Notes under the pieces: generated by a model
What the model was told of the DNA's origin: nothing
What the model saw: only the letters and a program-made list of their open reading frames with translations
Databases searched by the model: none
Part shown: positions 43,887 to 47,220 of the stretch, piece by piece
Layout of the letters: the number at the start of each line of letters is the position of its first letter
Position numbering within the stretch: the stretch's first letter is position 1
Made by a program: the position numbers and the translations under genes
Assembly (NCBI GenBank): GCA_027055005.1
Contig: JALUNR010000026.1
Span: 1-47,220 of the forward strand
Direction of reading: 5' to 3'
Length of the DNA stretch: 47,220 nucleotides
Source of the DNA: Campylobacterales bacterium
GTDB taxonomy: Bacteria > Campylobacterota > Campylobacteria > Campylobacterales > QNZT01

Positions 43887-44014
43887 AGTATTTATATAAA
43901 GATTAATTTTTATAATAGATTTTTTTTAAGCAAAACAAAAGTAATTCTTTTATATAATCGCCACCTTAAATGCCTATTTTTGGTGTTTAAATACAAAAAA
44001 GAAAGGAAATTACA

Positions 44015-44386
44015 GTGCCTACTATTAATCAGTTGATTAGAAAAGAGAGAAAAAAGGTGATTAAAAAATCAAAATCACCAGCACTAGACAAATGTCCTCA
44101 AAGAAGAGGTGTTTGTACAAGAGTTTATACTACAACTCCAAAAAAACCTAACTCAGCTTTAAGAAAAGTTGCAAAAGTTAGATTGACAAGTGGATTTGAA
44201 GTTATTAGTTACATCGGTGGTGAAGGACACAACTTGCAAGAACACTCTATCGTTTTAGTTAGAGGGGGAAGGGTAAAAGATTTACCTGGTGTTAAGTATC
44301 ACATCGTTAGGGGTGCACTAGATACTGCTGGTGTTGCTAACAGAAAAGTGGCTAGAAGTAAATATGGTGCTAAAAGACCTAAATAA
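44015..44386 (+). CDS. rpsL: 30S ribosomal protein S12
   Basis: (M)[13 protein letters not shown]...[20 protein letters not shown] start. Confidence 0.98.
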   Translation: MPTINQLIRKERKKVIKKSKSPALDKCPQRRGVCTRVYTTTPKKPNSALRKVAKVRLTSGFEVISYIGGEGHNLQEHSIVLVRGGRVKDLPGVKYHIVRGALDTAGVANRKVARSKYGAKRPK

Positions 44387-44440
44387 TTAGGCTTAGCTAA
44401 AGAATAAAAATAAATTATTATTGTTAAAAATTTGGCCAGG

Positions 44441-44465
44441 CTTTGTCCTTTGAATGTTGACAAAG
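44441..44465 (+). promoter_or_regulatory. hairpin in the rpsL-rpsG spacer (candidate S7 translational-operator element)
   Basis: CTTTGTC-N11-GACAAAG within a 120-nt intercistronic spacer, about 40 nt upstream of the rpsG ATG. Confidence 0.3.
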
Positions 44466-44497
44466 TTTGAGTAAATTTTACAAAAAAATAAAATTGA

Positions 44498-44977
<480 letters not shown>

Positions 44978-44989
44978 TAGGAATATAAA

Positions 44990-47080
44990 ATGGCAAGATC
45001 ACATAAATTAGAAGATGTTAGAAATATAGGTATTGCTGCTCATATTGATGCTGGTAAAACAACAACTACAGAGAGAATCCTTTTCTATACAGGTGTTGAG
45101 CATAAAATAGGTGAGGTTCATGATGGTGCTGCTACTATGGACTGGATGGAGCAAGAGCAAGAGAGAGGTATTACTATTACTTCAGCTGCTACAACTTGTG
45201 AGTGGAGAGGAAAACAGATAAATATTATAGACACTCCCGGCCACGTTGACTTTACTATTGAAGTTGAAAGAAGTATGAGAGTTCTTGATGGAGCTGTGTC
45301 AGTTTTCTGTGCTGTTGGTGGTGTTCAACCTCAATCAGAAACAGTTTGGAGACAAAGGAACAGATATGGTGTACCATCAATCGTTTTTGTTAACAAAATG
45401 GACAGAACTGGTGCAGATTTTTATGAAGTTGAAAGACAAATCAAAGATAGACTAAAAGGAAATCCTGTTCCTATTCAACTACCAATAGGTGCTGAAGAGA
45501 ACTTTGAAGGTATTGTTGATTTAGTAAAAATGAAAGAAATTGTTTGGGATGCTGATGCTGCTATGGGTAGTGCTTATCACGAGCAAGAAATAAGAGATGA
45601 ATTAGCAGAAAAGGCTGAAGAGTATAGAGAAAAAATGATAGAAGAGATCTCTTCTATTGATGGTAATGAAGAACTTATGGAAAAGTTTTTAGAAGGTGAA
45701 GAGATAAGTAATGAAGAGATTATCTCTGCTATAAAGAAAGCTACAATTGGAATGCATATTGTACCTATGACTTGTGGTACTGCTTTTAAAAACAAAGGTG
45801 TTCAAACTTTGCTTGATGCTGTTGTTGATTATCTTCCAGCTCCAACAGAAGTTCCAGCTATCAAAGGAACTATGATGGATGATGAAGATAAAGAGATAGA
45901 AGTTGAATCAACTGACAATGGACATTTTGCAGCACTAGCTTTTAAAATTATGACTGACCCATTTGTTGGGCAACTTACTTTTATCAGGGTTTATAGAGGT
46001 AGCTTAGAATCAGGAAGCTATGTTCATAACTCATCTAAAGATAAAAAAGAGAGAGTTGGTCGTATCATGAAAATGCATGCGATTAAAAGAGAAGAGGTAA
46101 AAGAGATATATGCTGGTGAGATAGGTGCTGTTGTTGGACTTAAAAATACAACTACTGGAGATACTCTTTGTGATCCAGAGGATAAAGTAGTACTAGAGAG
46201 AATGGACTTCCCAGATCCAGTTATTTCTGTTGCTGTTGAGCCAAAAACTAAAGCTGACCAAGAGAAAATGGGTATTGCTTTACAAAAACTAGCGCAAGAA
46301 GATCCATCTTTTAGAGTTGAGACTGATGAAGAGAGTGGTCAAACTATCATCTCTGGTATGGGTGAGCTTCACCTTGAAATCATCGTTGACAGAATGAAAA
46401 GAGAGTTTAAAGTAGAGGCTGAGGTTGGTCAACCACAAGTTGCATATAGAGAGACTATCAGACAGAGTGTTAATCAAGAGTACAAATATGCAAAACAATC
46501 TGGTGGTAGAGGTCAATATGGTCATGTTTATTTAAAACTAGAGCCTATGGAGCCAGGTGAAGGTTATGAGTTTGTAAACGAAATCAAAGGTGGTGCAGTT
46601 CCAAGAGAATATATCCCTGCTGTTGATAAAGGTGTTCAAGAAGCTATGGCTGGTGGTGTACTAGCAGGATATCCAGTTGAGGATGTTAAAGTTACACTTT
46701 ATGATGGTAGTTATCATGATGTTGACTCAAATGAAATGGCATTTAAACTTGCTGCATCTATGGGATTTAAAGAGGGTGCTAGAAAAGCTGGTGCTGTTAT
46801 CTTAGAGCCTATGATGAAAGTGGAAGTTGAAGTACCAGAGGAGTTTATGGGAGATGTTATAGGTGACCTTAACAGAAGAAGAGGACAAGTTGAAGGTATG
46901 GATGAGAGAGCAGGAAATAAAATAGTAAATGCTTTCGTTCCACTTTCAGAGATGTTTGGTTACTCAACTGATCTAAGAAGTGCTACTCAAGGTAGAGCAA
47001 CTTATGCTATGGAATTTGACCACTATGCGGAAGTTCCAAGAAATGTTTCAGAAGAAATTATTAAGAAAAGAAATGGTTAA
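44990..47080 (+). CDS. fusA: elongation factor G
   Basis: 696 aa. [20 protein letters not shown] and NKMDR GTPase motifs. Confidence 0.99.
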   Translation: MARSHKLEDVRNIGIAAHIDAGKTTTTERILFYTGVEHKIGEVHDGAATMDWMEQEQERGITITSAATTCEWRGKQINIIDTPGHVDFTIEVERSMRVLDGAVSVFCAVGGVQPQSETVWRQRNRYGVPSIVFVNKMDRTGADFYEVERQIKDRLKGNPVPIQLPIGAEENFEGIVDLVKMKEIVWDADAAMGSAYHEQEIRDELAEKAEEYREKMIEEISSIDGNEELMEKFLEGEEISNEEIISAIKKATIGMHIVPMTCGTAFKNKGVQTLLDAVVDYLPAPTEVPAIKGTMMDDEDKEIEVESTDNGHFAALAFKIMTDPFVGQLTFIRVYRGSLESGSYVHNSSKDKKERVGRIMKMHAIKREEVKEIYAGEIGAVVGLKNTTTGDTLCDPEDKVVLERMDFPDPVISVAVEPKTKADQEKMGIALQKLAQEDPSFRVETDEESGQTIISGMGELHLEIIVDRMKREFKVEAEVGQPQVAYRETIRQSVNQEYKYAKQSGGRGQYGHVYLKLEPMEPGEGYEFVNEIKGGAVPREYIPAVDKGVQEAMAGGVLAGYPVEDVKVTLYDGSYHDVDSNEMAFKLAASMGFKEGARKAGAVILEPMMKVEVEVPEEFMGDVIGDLNRRRGQVEGMDERAGNKIVNAFVPLSEMFGYSTDLRSATQGRATYAMEFDHYAEVPRNVSEEIIKKRNG

Positions 47081-47099
47081 GTAATTAATCATTTTTAAG

Positions 47100-47138
47100 A
47101 TACATGGAAGAGACATACTTTGTATGCTCTTCATGTAT
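47100..47138 (+). terminator. long hairpin after fusA (terminator or processing stem ahead of tRNA-Arg)
   Basis: ATACATGGAAGAGACATA / TATGCTCTTCATGTAT gives 16 bp with two single-nt bulges and loop CTTTG. No clear T-run follows. Confidence 0.45.
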
Positions 47139-47147
47139 CAACTCCCC

Positions 47148-47220
47148 GTCCTCGTAGCTCAGCTGGATAGAGCATCGGATTCCTAATCCGAAGGTCTCAG
47201 GTTCGAATCCTGTCGGGGAC
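47148..47220 (+). tRNA. tRNA-Arg (anticodon CCT), cut at the window edge after the acceptor stem
   Basis: Acceptor GTCCTCG/CGGGGAC, D-arm GCTC-AGCTGGATA-GAGC, anticodon stem-loop TCGGA-TTCCTAA-TCCGA, T-loop TTCGAAT. The discriminator and CCA lie beyond the window. Confidence 0.9.

Overview
This is a visibly AT-rich chromosomal segment from a Campylobacterota (epsilonproteobacterial) genome. The protein sequences and gene order closely resemble Campylobacter and its relatives. All calls were made by eye from the ORF track, recalled family motifs and hand-folded RNA structures; no searches were run.

The window is mostly core housekeeping. In order it holds:
- a tRNA 3' end and hemJ
- groES-groEL followed directly by a citE-like gene
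- a tightly coupled minus-strand set: DEAD-box helicase, dapD and a membrane protein
- an orphan membrane protein, an ABC-F ATPase and pycB
- two paralogous HI0933-type flavoproteins flanking a lipoprotein
- an unannotated 53-aa lipoprotein
- the flagellar block flgI, flgJ-like, flgN-like and flgK, with a hand-identified sigma54 promoter and a sigma28 promoter
- an RRM RNA-binding protein and yebC
- two tandem periplasmic rhodanese paralogs
- an overlapping minus-strand operon: argD, a TolC-like OMP, a MidA-like methyltransferase and thiS
- two small unknown ORFs, then a CvfB-like S1 protein, a membrane-anchored Hsp20-like protein and a thioredoxin-like protein, convergent with yaaA
- the classic block tRNA-Thr, Tyr, Gly, Thr, then tuf, rpmG, tRNA-Trp, secE, nusG, rplKAJL and rpoBC
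- ypfJ and a DHH/DHHA1 phosphoesterase inserted ahead of rpsL-rpsG-fusA
- a truncated tRNA-Arg(CCT) at the window edge

I found no CRISPR array, transposase, integrase, prophage, toxin-antitoxin pair or recognisable defence system. I cannot honestly point to a convincing novel multi-gene system.

The observations most worth a second look are all modest:
- GCCGATAT sigma28-type -10 boxes upstream of two non-flagellar genes as well as flgN-flgK
- the duplicated periplasmic rhodanese pair with a conserved CPPFC motif
- the rpoC-rpsL junction insertion
- the out-of-frame rpoB/rpoC overlap
- a tandem-repeat-containing mini-lipoprotein missed by the ORF track
- an exact 19-nt tRNA-end duplication at the window start
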